DNA from: Lama guanicoe
Taxonomy: Eukaryota
Length of the DNA stretch: 64,000 bases
Assembly: GCA_013239625.1 (NCBI GenBank)
Contig: MU054323.1
Span: 16,310,029 to 16,374,028, forward strand
Direction: 5' to 3'
Both the position numbers and the translations under genes were made by a program. The first letter of the stretch is position 1; each line of letters starts with the position of its first letter. Of this stretch, positions 1 to 12,990 are shown piece by piece. A model generated the notes under the pieces. The model was not told the DNA's origin. It saw nothing but the letters and a program-made list of their open reading frames with translations, and ran no database searches.

Positions 1-283
1 TTTTGATTCAAGCAAATTACCCTCCATATCGTGAGTGGGCCTCATTCATCAACTGAAGACTTCAAAAACAAAGATTGAGTTCTCCCAAAGAGGAAGGGAT
101 TAACATTTTGCCTCTAGACTGCACTGTAGAAATTCTTCCCGGGTTTCCAGCCTTTTGACTCGAGACTGCAACATCAACTCTTGCTTAAGCTTCCAGACTG
201 CTGGCCTGCCCTTGGATTTTGGGTTTGCCAGCCCCCAAAATCAAGATTAGCTAATTCCTTAAAATAAATAAAAATAAATCTCT

Positions 284-316
<33 letters not shown>

Positions 317-361
317 TAGTACCCCATTGGTTCTGTTCTCTGGGGAACACTGATTAACACA
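1..361 (+). mobile_element. MLT2-family (ERVL) LTR, 3' part, truncated by window edge
   Basis: Typical MLT2 3' blocks GGCCTGCCC...TTGCCAGCCCCCA...AATTCCTTAAAATAAAT, an internal (GA)n tract, and the terminus CCATTGGTTCTGTT...CTGATTAACACA. Confidence 0.85.
284..316. repeat. (GA)n microsatellite inside the MLT2 LTR
   Basis: Seen directly. Confidence 0.95.
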
Positions 362-899
362 GGAGGTGAAGAAGACTTTAGCGTAAGAAACCTCATGCGC
401 AAAGAAAGATTCTGAGGTCGGAGGGAGCTAGTGTTTGAGGGAATAAAAAATAAGCACTATTGCTGAAGCATGGAGAGCTAGTGTGGGAGGAGTAGCCAGG
501 CCAGAATTTTGTGTTGTGAAGCCCCTTTTGAAAAGCTGGGACTTCAAATACACCTGCAAATATTAATTTCTTCAATTTGTGTAAGATTCTATTTTTTGAA
601 ATTCACTCAATTTTCCAATTTTTAATTAAGTATGTACATATTATTCAGTCTTACACTTTTCCTACCACATGTAAGATTTCCATGAACCACTTACATAGAC
701 TAAAATGTTCCTTCTTTTCCTTCTTCTCATGTCTCCTTTTTCCTTTCCATACCGTGTGTTACCTCCGTGGACATTTCCTCTTTGGACCTTCAAGCTACCT
801 GTGCACCTGTGCATTTCTGCTCTCTGGGTCTTTAGGTCCAACTCCACATTTTAGTTCCCTAGTTTATTCACTCTCAATCACCCCTGCTCCCACGTTCTT

Positions 900-1215
900 C
901 ACTGTGATATTTAGTTCTGGGACCCTGTCTTTCTTTTGAGAAATTATCCTTCTCATTCTAAACTGTGTTGGGGATCTGCCTTCCCCCAGCTAAAGTGGGG
1001 GATGTGAGCAGGACAGGAAGCTGATTCTTCCTCATGGGGTCTCTCTGGAGAGATGGGCCACCCAGGTTTTCACCTCTGCCCCAATTTCTATCCTTTCTGC
1101 AACTGGATTTTCTTGATCCTCTAAGCTACCCCGTATACCCTAGTAAAACCCTTCTCTCCTTAAGTTATCCAGAAACAGTTTCTGTGGCTTGTAGCCTGAG
1201 AAGCCTACCACTCTG
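900..1215 (+). mobile_element. Old MaLR/ERVL-class LTR fragment
   Basis: 3' end AAGCTACCCC...CTTAAGTTATCCAGAAACAGTTTCTGTGGCTTG resembles old MLT1/ERVL LTR termini; subfamily uncertain. Confidence 0.45.
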
Positions 1216-1639
1216 GCATTAAAGGAGAAGGGTGAAGAGTTTGGTATGTCTGGAGAGAATGCAATTTGTGGGAGCCCCTGGAGATGAGACAGTGTGGAGC
1301 CAGGTTTTAAAGGGTGACAAGAAGAGACCCCAAAGATGTTGGAAATAAAGCTGTTCTCTGAGAAGACACAGATGGAATGTCTGCAGTTATTGAGAGAAGG
1401 CAGAAAGAATCAGTTGGGCCCATCAATGAGTTTGTTTTTGAAGAGTTCCAGAGTATCTCCCAGAATTCCAAGGGAGAAACAATATCTAGGAGATGGCGTG
1501 AATTCTGTGCATAATGTGGGAACTTAATCCTCTGCTTTGTGCCAACAGAAAATGACTGGTCAACTTGGACTGTAGAAAGTAGAAGCCAATTAAGCAGAGT
1601 CATGGGAGAGAGCTCCCTGGATGTGGTGCACATACCTGC

Positions 1640-1740
1640 AGGGACACGGATCAGCCTGGGGGCCACAGCCAGAACCATCATCCTCTTAAGGGACATGGAT
1701 CAGCCTGGGGGCCACAGCCAGAACCATCATCCTCTTAAGG
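1640..1740. repeat. 49-bp tandem duplication (2 copies, 1 mismatch)
   Basis: 1640-1688 and 1689-1737 are identical except CACGG versus CATGG. Confidence 0.97.
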
Positions 1741-2104
1741 CTCCAAATGGCTTAACAACTTACTCTCCTGAGAAAACTCCAGGGCCATAAAGAACCTTAT
1801 TATATAAAATGGCTTTTCATGTAACTCTGCTTCTGAGGGAGGAGTATGCAGCTCAGGCCAAAACGAGGATTAGAGCTTGTCTAGCAGTCACGTTTCAATG
1901 AAAATTAATATGCTGACAGTTTTGGTTCTTACATGAATCTTGTGGGATTAGTTAATGTGCATTCACTGCTGAGATACCACTTGAGCTTCTGAGCTTATGG
2001 ATCTGAGGATAAGGTTGTAGACTGGTGAATTTATCCATTCAAATCATATTATGAAGCCAGAACTTCTTTGCATTCCCATAAAGCCACATTTTTTTTTTCT
2101 ATTC

Positions 2105-2260
2105 TAGGAAGGGAGTGACATGATCAGATTAGAAGGAACACTGGTTTCAGGGCAGAGAGACTCTGGCAAATGAGAGACCAGGTAGGAGGTTGCTGTAAGG
2201 GCCCTGGGGAAAACTGAAGAGATCTGAATGAAGGCTACAGCAGTGGGGAGAGAGGAGATG
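2105..2260 (-). mobile_element. L2 LINE fragment
   Basis: GGGAGTGACATGATCAGATT...GAGACCAGGTAGGAGGTTGCTG matches antisense L2. Confidence 0.65.
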
Positions 2261-4423
2261 CCAGCTGCTGGACTGAACTAGGGTCTTTAGATCTCGATAA
2301 CCTGTAGGTTGTAAAGGGTAAGGAATTGGCTGGGATTAAGGATAGCTAAAGGATGTCTTACTTGTCATTTTCCTTTCACTAAATAACCTTATCTGAATTC
2401 CCACAAACAACTCCGTAACAGTTGAATTGTGACAGCATAAAAGAACAGAATCTGAGTTCAATTAGTGCTATGTCAGCCCATCACACTAGACCACGGATTC
2501 CCTGAGAGGTTTAGCAACATATTGGATAAAGTGAAATTAATCCTTTAGAGCCACAAGTTGACATATGCCTATGCTATGAATCCATAAACTATACTGGAAG
2601 CATTAGAAAAGGAAGCTAAAAAATGCTAGTGAACACATCTGTGTTCTGTCCTGCAAAGCAACCCTAGTTCACAATGTCATTTCCTTTTGTTAGTGTTGAA
2701 CCAGGAGGAGGCTCTGAAATGTTCACATTGTTGACCTCTACAATCCAATGTGTTGTTGGTTGCACCCCTGCACAAACTTGACGAAGCTTTGCAGTCAGAT
2801 CCCTGTTTCATATGATTCACTATCTCAAATTTAGAAAAGGCTACGATGCTAACTGCAAGTGACAAAAGCCAGAGAATTTCAAGTTCTGGTTGGCTGCTCT
2901 GGGTTATAGTCCCTTCCAGGCAAAGTTAGAGCTGCCAGCTGCATTAATGAAAATGACCAGCCTGTTGGGAGAAGAATAATCAGGAGGTGCTGTAGATAAG
3001 ACATTATTGAGATTTAAAACTCTCCTCAACTTTTGGCTTCATAGTTAAAATATTTCTTTCGTTTTAAATAACAAGCTGTAAGTGAATTTTGTGACTTTTT
3101 ACTAGCTTGCATAACTTAAAGGGCTGTGTGGTTATGTGATGAATTTAGGGTCATTACCGCAACCAATCTTGATGTTGGAGAGCAGTCTTTTGGCTTTATT
3201 CTGTGTGAAACAGTTGCAGATTTGCCAATAAGTCATGGAATACAGTAGTTCACATGTGACCTGGAGCCCCAGCCACAGACCTTTTGAAAAGTGAACCTCA
3301 CTGATGCTTGAAAGAACCAGAAACCTGTCTCATCTGATTCCTCTGAGCTTATCAATACTTCACTTTTAGGAGTACAAAGAGGCCTTTGTGTACTGAGCTG
3401 ATAGGCTCTGCTGGAAGAAATGTGCCAACAAACTCACAGAGAAAAGAAAATAGAAAGGCACTGTAGGCACTGAAAAAATGAACTGCCATGTTTTTATTCA
3501 CTCTGTGGGCCCACAGCTTTATGCCGAACAGATCAGGGACATCAAAATGCTGGTATGGCTTCTTAAGTAAATGCCTGCTCCCTCCTTTAAATTCTCTTCT
3601 GATTAGCAATCCTGTGTATAACAGGCTCCAAATGCCAATATGCCGAATATTATTAAACAGCACAAGCTTCTCAATTTGGGATAATAAAAATTATATCTAT
3701 TCTTATATTTTAACTAATGGGTGCCAATAGAACTCTCGGTGGGGGGGCTTATTTCCTGGGCTCTAATCCCCAGCTCAGGAGTCTAAATTTTTTTGCATTC
3801 AGTGCTGACTTTTGAAAGCTGGAGGTTTTGATGGCAAATCTCCAAACATTAAACTGCACAGCAGAAACATCCATATAACTAATCCTGCTGTAAAACCACT
3901 TTTTTTGTAGCATCTCTGAAACCATCCACAGTTACTGCAATTGTCACTGTCACCCTTCACATGGTGTTGCTGTTTCAGTAGATTTACTGTCCTGCCAATG
4001 TTCTCATATATATGCATGAGGAGAGGAGATCACATTTCCAGTAAACACACTATCTTTCTTTGAATACTGTGCTTCATAACACTTGTTCTAAACTTGTTAT
4101 TCCCTACTCTGCACCCTACTCTGCAAACCCATGAATCTTAACATTCCATCTGGTACACATAGCTGGAACGGTGAGTTTTACTCTGTTGCAGCAAAAATAA
4201 ATTTTATACAGGGAAGAAAACTTGGCAGCATTCTTATGTGGCTTTTGAGCATGCCTTGGCACACTGCCTTTGCACAATACTGGCACTATGAATAATCAAG
4301 AAAATCACAGAAATTTTATGCTTTGACTTCTCCTTTTTCAAAATCTGAGTAAGTTTGGTTTCTAAAGAAATACCAATGAGAGCACTGTGAGCTCTTTAAT
4401 GGTAACTGGCTGCGTAAACTTAC

Positions 4424-4853
4424 CAGGTTGGATTCTCCAGGAGACCAACTCTGACAAGGAAATCAGCACACAGGAGGGGTACTAGGGAGTATTCTTGGGA
4501 TCAGGAAGTGAGAAGGAATGGAACAAGGAGGATGTGTCAGAAGGAGAGATTGGCTGCGGTTCCGTCTAATCAGGGCTCAGCCAACCCCCTAGGAAGCTCT
4601 GAGGCTGGCATGGTCCTTTGGAGTTGTGCCAACTTGGAATGAGGGGAGCAGGCTCCAATTAGGTTGACCAGTCAGTGAATACAGCCTGCCCTAGGAAGGG
4701 GCAGTGACTTTTAGGTGACATGGCTTTCTTCTGTTGAGGCACTTCCCAAGAAGGCCTCTCCATAGGGAGCTGTCATCTGACAATCTTCCCAGCAGGTGGG
4801 GAACCAATTCTCCATTCCTGAAGTGGGACTGTGGACAGCACAGTACAGTATAC
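4424..4853 (-). mobile_element. LTR16-family (ERVL) solo LTR
   Basis: Collinear similarity over about 430 bp to the reverse complement of the LTR16A-type consensus (CTCAGCCAACCCC, GACCAGTCA, CCCAGCAGGTGGGG, ATTCCTGAAG). Confidence 0.7.
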
Positions 4854-5249
4854 ATGACAGAAACCAAACTAGAAGCAGCTTATGTGAACAACTTCGCTTT
4901 CCTTTATGGTGGTTTCTGATGGAGACACAATTATGGTATGGATGGGTAGAGTGAGAATTCTTTTATCTCCAGCACCATCAGACAAAGTTCCACTATACCC
5001 TGATGCTACAGACCTATCAGGCAAGCTACAGAAGGACTCTTAGATTGGGTTGATCTCTTTGCCTTCAACAAGCCTTGTCATCATTGTGCACTCAGCACTA
5101 TGTAATCTGATTGTTTCCTAATATTCAAAGTGGAACATGTATAACACTATGTCGTCTTCGTTGTTTATGCAAAAAGATCAACTGTTTAAAAGAGAGCATT
5201 GTGTTTAGTTGATATATCTAATTCTTAATTAGGGAGGACAGTGCTCCTA

Positions 5250-5440
5250 ATCGCTCCCTTTTTATGACATTAACATTAGCATTTTGAAGAGAACTGGCCA
5301 GTTATCTTGTGTAGACTGTCCCTTATTCTGGATGTGCCTGATAGTTTCCTCATATTATTATTTAACTTTTTCCTCCTCAGGATGGGAAATTAAATAGGTC
5401 TAAAGGCTTGATAAGATTCTGGTTAGACATTTTGATAAGA
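5250..5440 (-). mobile_element. L1MC/MD-type 3' UTR fragment
   Basis: TTTTGAAGAGAACTGGCCAGTTAT...TGTCCCTTATTCTGGATGTGCCTGAT. Confidence 0.5.
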
Positions 5441-5479
5441 ATACTTGACTATATCTATTTTGAAAAAGAAAAGTTGTAA

Positions 5480-7330
5480 AATGCATTCTGGAGCTTCAAA
5501 ATGTATGAAGTAAAAACTGAAAGAAAGAAGGTAAAACAGATGATTCTAAAATCATAGTTGGAGACTAAAGACTGCTCTCTCAGCAATTAATAGGAAAATA
5601 AGACAAAGAGAATTAGTAAAGACATAGGGGATCAAAACAAGACTATCAACCATCTTTACCTAATTGATATTTATAAAACATTATATACATTATACTCCAA
5701 TATTGAAAAATAAACACTCTTTTCAAATGTAAATGGTATGCTTATCAAGATAGACCGACCATATGTTGAGTCATAAAATAAGCCTCAATAATTCAAATAA
5801 GACTGAAATTATGCAGAGTATATTCTCTGATCATAATGTCATTAAATTATAAATCAATAATAATAAGATATCTAGGAAGTCCCCAACATTTTGGAAGTTA
5901 AACAAAACAGTTATAAACAATTATGGGTAAAATAAATCACAAATTAGAAAATATTTTAAACTAAAAGCAAACAAAAGTACAATCTATCGAAAGTTGTAGA
6001 AAGCAGCTAAAGTGATGCTCATAGAGAAACTCATAGTTTGAAATCCTTCCGTTAGAATAGAAAGGTCAAAATTAATAATAAGAATCCACTTTAAAAGGCA
6101 TGGAAAAAGAAGAGTGAAGTAAACCCAAAGTAAGTAGAAGGAAGGAATTTTAAAAATAAGAGCAGAAATGAAAAAAAGGGAAAACACAGCGACTGGAAAT
6201 CTTGTTTGTTGGTGGGAATGTAAGATGGTACATGGAAAAAGGTCTGGAACTTTCTTATAAAACTAAACATATACCTACTGTAGGACCCAGCAATTCCTCT
6301 TCTAGGTATTCATCCAAGAGAAGTGAAAACATATGTTCACAAAAGCATTTGTACAAGGATTTTTATAGAAGTTGTATTTATAATAGCCAAACCTTAGAAA
6401 CAATCCAGAGGAATATTTCTCAGCAGTAAAAGGAATGAACTACTGATTCATGCAACAACATGCATGGGTCTCAAATGTCACTCATTTTGAGTGACAGAAG
6501 CTAACACCAAAGAGTACAAACTGCATGATTCTATTTATGTAACATTCTAGAATGGGCAAAATGAATCCATGGTGAAAAACATCAGAAGAGTGCTTGCCTC
6601 TGAGAGTGGGGCGTGGGGGAAGGGAGTGACTGGGAAGGATCATGAAAGAAATTCCTGGTAATGTTCTATTTCTTGATATGGACTTGGGTTATACAGATGT
6701 ATTTGTTGAAACTCAGCAAATGTAATGTAGTATTTGTGCATTTTATTGTATGTAAATTTTCCACCAAAAGAAATAGTTATAAACAAATATTGAGCTCTAC
6801 CTGATAATCTGCATACACAATATTTAAGGGTAAACTACTGACATACTTTACTTTGAACTACATCAAAAATAATATTGATTGATGGATAAAGAATGTATAT
6901 GGAGAAATGTAAAAACACACAGTAAAACAAGAATAGTAAAAAATTAATTGCACCATCTGGGTGGTGAGTTTATGAGTGCACTGTAAAATTCTTTCAACTT
7001 TGCTCTTTGACAACTGTCAAAATAAAACGGAGTAAAGACGTTTGTGGACAACTGGGTGAAGCTGAATAGGGGCTGGATATTATGTGATACTAGGGAATTT
7101 TTTTTTGCCAGTTTTCTTTAGTATTTTAGTGATATCTTGGTTACGTATGAGAGCTTATTCTCAGGAGAAGTGAGCTAAAATATATAATAGTAAAGTGTCA
7201 TGATGTCTGTGTCTCATTTGGAAATGGTTCAACAGAAATTCAGATAACAGGGTAAAAAGAAAAATGTTAACAATTGCTGAATCTAGACCTTAAATATTAG
7301 GATGTTTATTGTCCTTTTCTTTCATTATAA
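5480..7330 (+). mobile_element. Old L1 (L1MC/MD/ME type): decayed ORF2 endonuclease region joined at about 6190 to the ORF2 3' end and 3' UTR; RT region absent
   Basis: Relics of EN motifs IIVGD (ATCATAGTTGGAGAC) and FSDHN (TTCTCTGATCATAAT), then GGTGGGAATGTAA...GACCCAGCAATTCC; multiple stops and frameshifts. Confidence 0.85.
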
Positions 7331-8314
7331 CTGAAAAAGTAAGCAGTAGAATTAATGATATATTATGTTAAAGGGCAGAGAATATAAAGAATGGAATCTC
7401 TACACTTTAGAGATTTAAAATATCCAGTTCTTTTTTCAAAGGGATCAACTTTAGGTCAGCAGCTGCAGGGACCTATTGCTGGACCTGGTTCAGAAGGCCA
7501 AGTCATCAGCACTCTCTTCTTGCCTTCTGTCTTATTTTGCTTCTCTGGACTGTCCTTATTTCGAGTCTGAATGTGAACATGACCTTGTTCATGACCTTGA
7601 CTTTTTGTCCTGACTCTGGACTACATTATTTATGAATTTGATGCTATATCTTTTCCACCACAGATTAGGATCTGGGTTTTTAGATTCAGTCTAGTCAATG
7701 AACCTTAATGCCTGAACTTTGTTTCAGTAAAGATCCATTAGACACTTAACAACAAATCTACTGCCAAAAAGAAATGTAGGTGGAAGAGCAGGTATAACAC
7801 AGAAAGTGTCTGTAATCATTCAGGCTTATCTTTGGCAGTGGGACAGCACCCTGAGAGATGACACAGAAACATAGACTGTGCATACAACTCTGGGCCTGGG
7901 GATGAGGCTGGGGGGCCAGATGTTCACACAAAGACCAAGTAATCATGGCCACAGTGCTGTAAATGTGTTGGGAAGCAACATTCGGTTATCTTCTTGGTCT
8001 CATTTTATGTTTGTGTCTGTGTCTGGGTACACTTATGGCTATCTGGGTTTGCTCCAGGAGCTGGAAGGCCTTCTTTGGGAATATTATGCTTTGCTTCACT
8101 TCATTGAAAATTCCTCAGTTAACATACTTTCCTATTATGGAATGTAGCTCTCAAAGGACTTTTTGGCTGAAAACAGATAAATTTCTTGATAAAAATGTAA
8201 ATACAGTGAATCTCAGAGTAGCTCAAGCTGCTTTCATTCTAACTCTGTATGATTTCTGGTGAAAACTTGGGTGACCTTTACACTGGATACTCTAGATTAC
8301 TGAACCTCAAACCT

Positions 8315-8600
8315 GCCTGTTCCCAAGGTTTCTGTGGAGAGCTCTTTTAAAATGTAGATTCCTGGGTCCATCCAAAATTCCATAGAATCAGGATCTCTGG
8401 GTGATGGGCCTTTGAATATATACATTTTTTAAGCTTCCCAAGTTACTCAAATGGTAAGCAAGTCTGTAGACCTATAGAATAGTGCTTCTCAAACTTTAAT
8501 GTGTGTGTGAATCACCTGGATATCTCGTTAAAAGGCAGATTCTGATTCTGTAGGTCTGAGATGCTGCTGCTGGTCTGAAGATCACACAGTAAGTAGCAAG
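8315..8600. mobile_element. Two adjacent MER5-family (hAT-Charlie) fragments
   Basis: AAAATGTAGATTCCTGGG...GAATCAGGATCTCTGGG and AGTGCTTCTCAAACTTTAATG...GAATCACCTGG...GCAGATTCTGATT. Confidence 0.8.
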
Positions 8601-8909
8601 GAACTAGATCATGTCCCCAAATCATTTCCCTAAAATCAGGGTTATACCTTCCTTTGTAGAGAGTCTATTTAGCAAGTACTCAGCATGCAGCAAACTTTCT
8701 TTCCATCTCCTTGCTTGATATCTCTTTACTTTGAAATATTGCTTGAATGATTCAGATTAGGGTGATCACTCATCTCAGTTTGCCGAATTCTAGTTTATGG
8801 TTATCATCTCGGAATAATATTAGAAGCCCCTCTGCTGCATTCACTCTTAGAAGTGTCTCCATTTGGAAGATAAATTATAAAGTGACCCTTCCTAAACCCA
8901 CAGACATTG

Positions 8910-9125
8910 AGAAGTGATATGGTATAATGTACTGAACATAGATTGCATGACCAAAATCTTCTATGGATTGGAATCCTGGCTTCATTATTCCACACTGTAT
9001 CTATGACCTTAAACAAGTTAAGCCTCAGTTATCTCATGTGTAAAACAGAAGTAGTTTATTATGAGGATTTATGAAAATGATATAGCACTTTTAGCACAGT
9101 GGCTGGCATATAAAAGTAGGCACTT
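8910..9125 (+). mobile_element. MIR SINE
   Basis: AATCCTGGCT...TGACCTTAAACAAGTTAAGCCTCAGTTATCTCATGTGTAAAA core and TAGCACAGTGGCTGGCATATA tail. Confidence 0.85.
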
Positions 9126-9844
9126 TTTAATTTAGGCTTCTGTCTCTTTATGGTCAATGAAGTGAACATCTACTCTACCTCAGAATGATAAAAATAGAAT
9201 GCTACTATTAAGTTAGGATCAGAAGCAGCTATATTATGAAAATGATGCATCTGCTACACTTGTATTTCTGTGCAAGCCTGATGAGCCTCCAATAGAATCT
9301 CTCTCTGAATCCGAGAGTCCCATGTGACTTCTGTGATGTGTGTACTTTAGTAATGTTGATAGACTAAATCCTGAACTAGAAAAATGAAAGTACTAACATT
9401 TACAGAGTTTCAACTATGTACCAGATGGAAGGACTTCCAAATTGGAACAGATCACTAACATTGCTATAGAACATCTATAAACAGAAACAGTTAACAGATT
9501 TCCTGGGCAAACTTCTACATACAGTATGTTAGACCAGAAACTTCTTAAAAGGACTTTGATGTAACTACAAAAACAAGAAGAGGTGGGCAGAAATAGAGAA
9601 AACTCAGAGCCTTGATTATACTGTTATTGCAGTAAAATCCCCATGAAAACACACTCAGCAGTGAAGGAAATTTGAACAAGATATGATCAGTGATTGGCTC
9701 CTAGGACTCCCATCAACTCGCTAGGCAGGTTCACACAGGTAATTTCATTACCTTGCAGTAACATGACGGAGTATTTTAAAGAATCAGAAAACTCGGGATA
9801 CCATTTGAGTGTTGTGGCAGGGTTTTCAATTATGAGAAAGCTTT

Positions 9845-10052
9845 GTGAGCTAGGCATGTGCTGCACTCACACTTTCCTATTGAATATCCAAAATAATTTC
9901 ATTGGCTGAATAGTATTACTGCCTCCATTTTACAGGTGAGGAAACCGAGATACAGGAAATTCAGTTTTATGCAAAGTCACAATGCAAATGAGAGACAACT
10001 GAGATTCAAGCTTGGCTAGGTCTAACTTTGAGGCCCCTCTTCTTCACCACTG
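9845..10052 (-). mobile_element. MIR SINE
   Basis: CCATTTTACAGGTGAGGAAACCGAG...AAAGTCACA antisense MIR core. Confidence 0.8.
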
Positions 10053-10081
10053 TGTATGGTTTCTCTGTGTTAATTCATGCT

Positions 10082-10142
10082 TCCACAATCTAATGTGGAA
10101 TAATCTACAATCTAATGTGAAATACTCTACAATCTAATGTGA
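10082..10142. repeat. 22-bp period minisatellite, about 2.7 copies
   Basis: ACAATCTAATGTG starts at 10085, 10107 and 10129. Confidence 0.93.
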
Positions 10143-10257
10143 TCAAACTTGGGAACTGGGCTCAGGAGCAGGGGTTATGTGAGTACATATAAATATGGAT
10201 CAAAGGCAGCAGTCCACTGCATTGACTTGAAGTCAGGTCAATTAGACAAAGGGTATT

Positions 10258-12990
10258 AATTTATTTTACAACTTTATTGAGGTAAAACTGAAGTACAATA
10301 AACTGCACATATTTAGAGTGTACAGTTTTATCTGTTTTGACGAATATAATACAACCATGAAACCATCACCATAATCAAGTTAACAATTACTTCTCCCCCC
10401 TTAAATTTTCCTACAGCTCCTTTGTAATGCATCCTTCCCTCTGCCAAGATCCACAGGCGACCACTGATCTGCTTTCTGTCACTACAGATTAGTTTAAATT
10501 TTTAAGAATTTCATATAATCAGAATCATTCAGTATATACTTCTTTTTGCCATGCTTCCTTCACTCAGCATAATGATTTTGAGATTCATCTGAAATTTAAA
10601 TTTGTTGTGCATACCCATCTTTTTTTAAATTGGTGAGTAGTTTTGCATTATATGGACATATCACACCTTGTTACCTGTTGATGTACATTTGAGCTGTTCC
10701 CAGTTTTTGGCTATTACAAATAAGGTTGCTATGAACATTTGTGTACAAGTCTTAGTGTGGATATATTTTCATTTCTTTTGGGTAAAAACTTAGGTGGGAA
10801 CTAGCTAGGTGATATGGTAGGTGTATATTGAACTTATTGAGAAACTGCTAAACTGTTTTCTAGAATGGTTGTAGTACTTCACATTCTCAACAGCAGTTCT
10901 CCACATCCTCATCATTTGGTATTGTTGGCCTAAAAATATAGATTCTATTGGTTGTATAGTGGTATCTCATTATTATTGTAATTTGCACTTCCCTGGTGAC
11001 TAATAATTTGGGGATCTTTTCATATGTTTATGACCAAATATAGGTGTTCTTAGGTAAAGTGTCTATTTAAATTTTTTGCTTATTTTATAAATTCAATTAT
11101 CTTCCTGCTATTGAGAGATAAGAACTCCTTATATGTTCTGGATACAAGTACTTGTCTGATATGTATTTGTTTTCAAATATTTTCTCCAGGTTCTGTCACT
11201 TGCTGTTTTGTTTTCTTAGTGGTGCCTTTCAAATAAACACTTTAGTTTGTGTATATATTATGTACATATGTATGTATTTATTTTATTGAAGTACAGTTGA
11301 TTTGCAATGTGTGTTAGTTTCTGGTGCACAGCAAAGTGATTCAGTTTTTTATATATATGCATTCTTTTTCACTATAGCTTATTACAAGATACTGAATATA
11401 GTTCCTTGTACTATACATTAAATCCTTGTTGTTTATCTATTTTATATGTAGTAGTTTGTACTTGCTAATCCCAAACTCCTAATTTATCCATCCCACCCCC
11501 TGCCTTCTCCCTTTGGTAATCATAAATTAATCTTCTATGTCTGTGAATCTTAAACACTTTAGTGTTGTCAAAGATTAATGAATCATTTTTTTTTCTCTTG
11601 TGGCTCAGGCTTTTTGTGTGCTAGCTAAGAAATGTTTGCCTACTCCAAGATCATAATTCTCCTAAGTTTCTTGCAGAAAATTTTAGAGTTTTATGTAACA
11701 AATTTAGGTCTGTGATCCATTTTAATTTTTATGTATGGTGTGAGGGATGAGTCAATGTTAATTTTTTTCTTTTTCTGTATAGTGTATATGCATCATTTGT
11801 TAAAAACATTTTTCTATCTCCAAAGAATTGCCTTGGTATTTCTGTAAAAAAAAAAAAATCAGTTGACCATATGCATATGGGTTTATTTTTGGATTCGCTA
11901 TTCTCTTTCCTAGATGAGTATATCTATCTTTTCACCAGTACATTACTTTGATTACTATAGCTTTATAGAAATTTTTGAAATCAGGTAGGGAAAGTCTTTC
12001 AACCTTGTTTTTCTTTTTAAAAAGTTCTTTGGCTTTGGTTAGTCTAGATCCTTTGATTTTTCCATATACATTTTAAAATCAGTTTGTCAATTTCTACAAC
12101 AGTCTGTTGGAATTTTGGTTGGTACTGAACTGAAACTACTATAGATCAATTGGGGAAAATCAAATGATACAGAATCTTTCAATCTATGAATATGATATGT
12201 CTTCGCATTTATTTAGCTTTTCTTTACTTTCTCTCAGCATGTGTTATACTGTTCAGTTTAGACATTTTGACTATCTTTTTCTTTTTGGTACTACTGTAAA
12301 AGGAATTTTTAAAAATTTCACTTCTGAATTATTTGCTGCTCACATATTAGAATATAATGGTTTTAAAAATTAAAAATTAGTCATGTTTTCTTGCTAAATT
12401 TATTCATTAGTTCTAGTAATTATTGTGTAGATTCTCTGAGATTTTTTTTACATAAACAATTCTTTCAGCTGCAATATAGTTTTACTTCTTCCTTACTTTA
12501 TTCCTTTTCTTTCTTTTTTCTTTTACCTTCTCCACCCTTTCTTTTTAAAAATTACTGCAGTGGCTTAAATCTCCAGTATAATTGAATAGAAGCAGTGAAA
12601 GTGGGCACTCTTGCTTTGTTTCCAATCTCAGGTGATAATTCAGGCTTTCCCCATCTTAATGTGATGTTAGCTGTAGATTTTGTATAGATGCCCATTATCA
12701 GTTTGAGAAAGTTCTCTGTTATTCCTAGTTTGCTGGGAGTGTTTTTTTTTAAATCATGAATGAGTGTTGAATTTTGTCAAATGCCTTTTCTCCATATAGA
12801 TCATATAGATTTTCTCCTTTATTCTATTAAAATGATGAAGTTGTTTGATTGGTTTTCAAATGTTAAACCAACATCACTTTCCTGGGATACAAACCATACA
12901 TGGTCATGATGTATTTTGACATTTGTTTTATGTATTTCTGGACTCAATGTGCCAATATTTTGTTAAGAATTTTAAAATCTATATTCTATA
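10258..12990 (-). mobile_element. Old L1 (L1MB-type 3' end plus about 2 kb of decayed ORF2), interrupted by a younger L1
   Basis: CTTTATTGAGGTA...CAATAAACTGCACATATTTA 3' end, followed by continuous T-rich antisense ORF2 sequence. Confidence 0.9.
11247..11550 (-). mobile_element. Cetartiodactyl-type L1 3' UTR fragment nested in the older L1, with 13-bp TSD
   Basis: TAAACACTTTAGT at 11234-11246 and 11551-11563; body ATTGAAGTACAGTTGATT...AATCCCAAACTCCTAATTTATCC. Confidence 0.9.

Noticed and set aside
1307..1790. ORFs of 129, 63 and 83 aa near the tandem duplication
   Set aside because: No domain similarity; the 49-bp duplication is not a multiple of three, which argues against coding
10082..10142. 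CRISPR-like repeat-spacer appearance
   Set aside because: Linkers are 9 bp and nearly identical, there are under three units, no cas genes, and the context is mammalian
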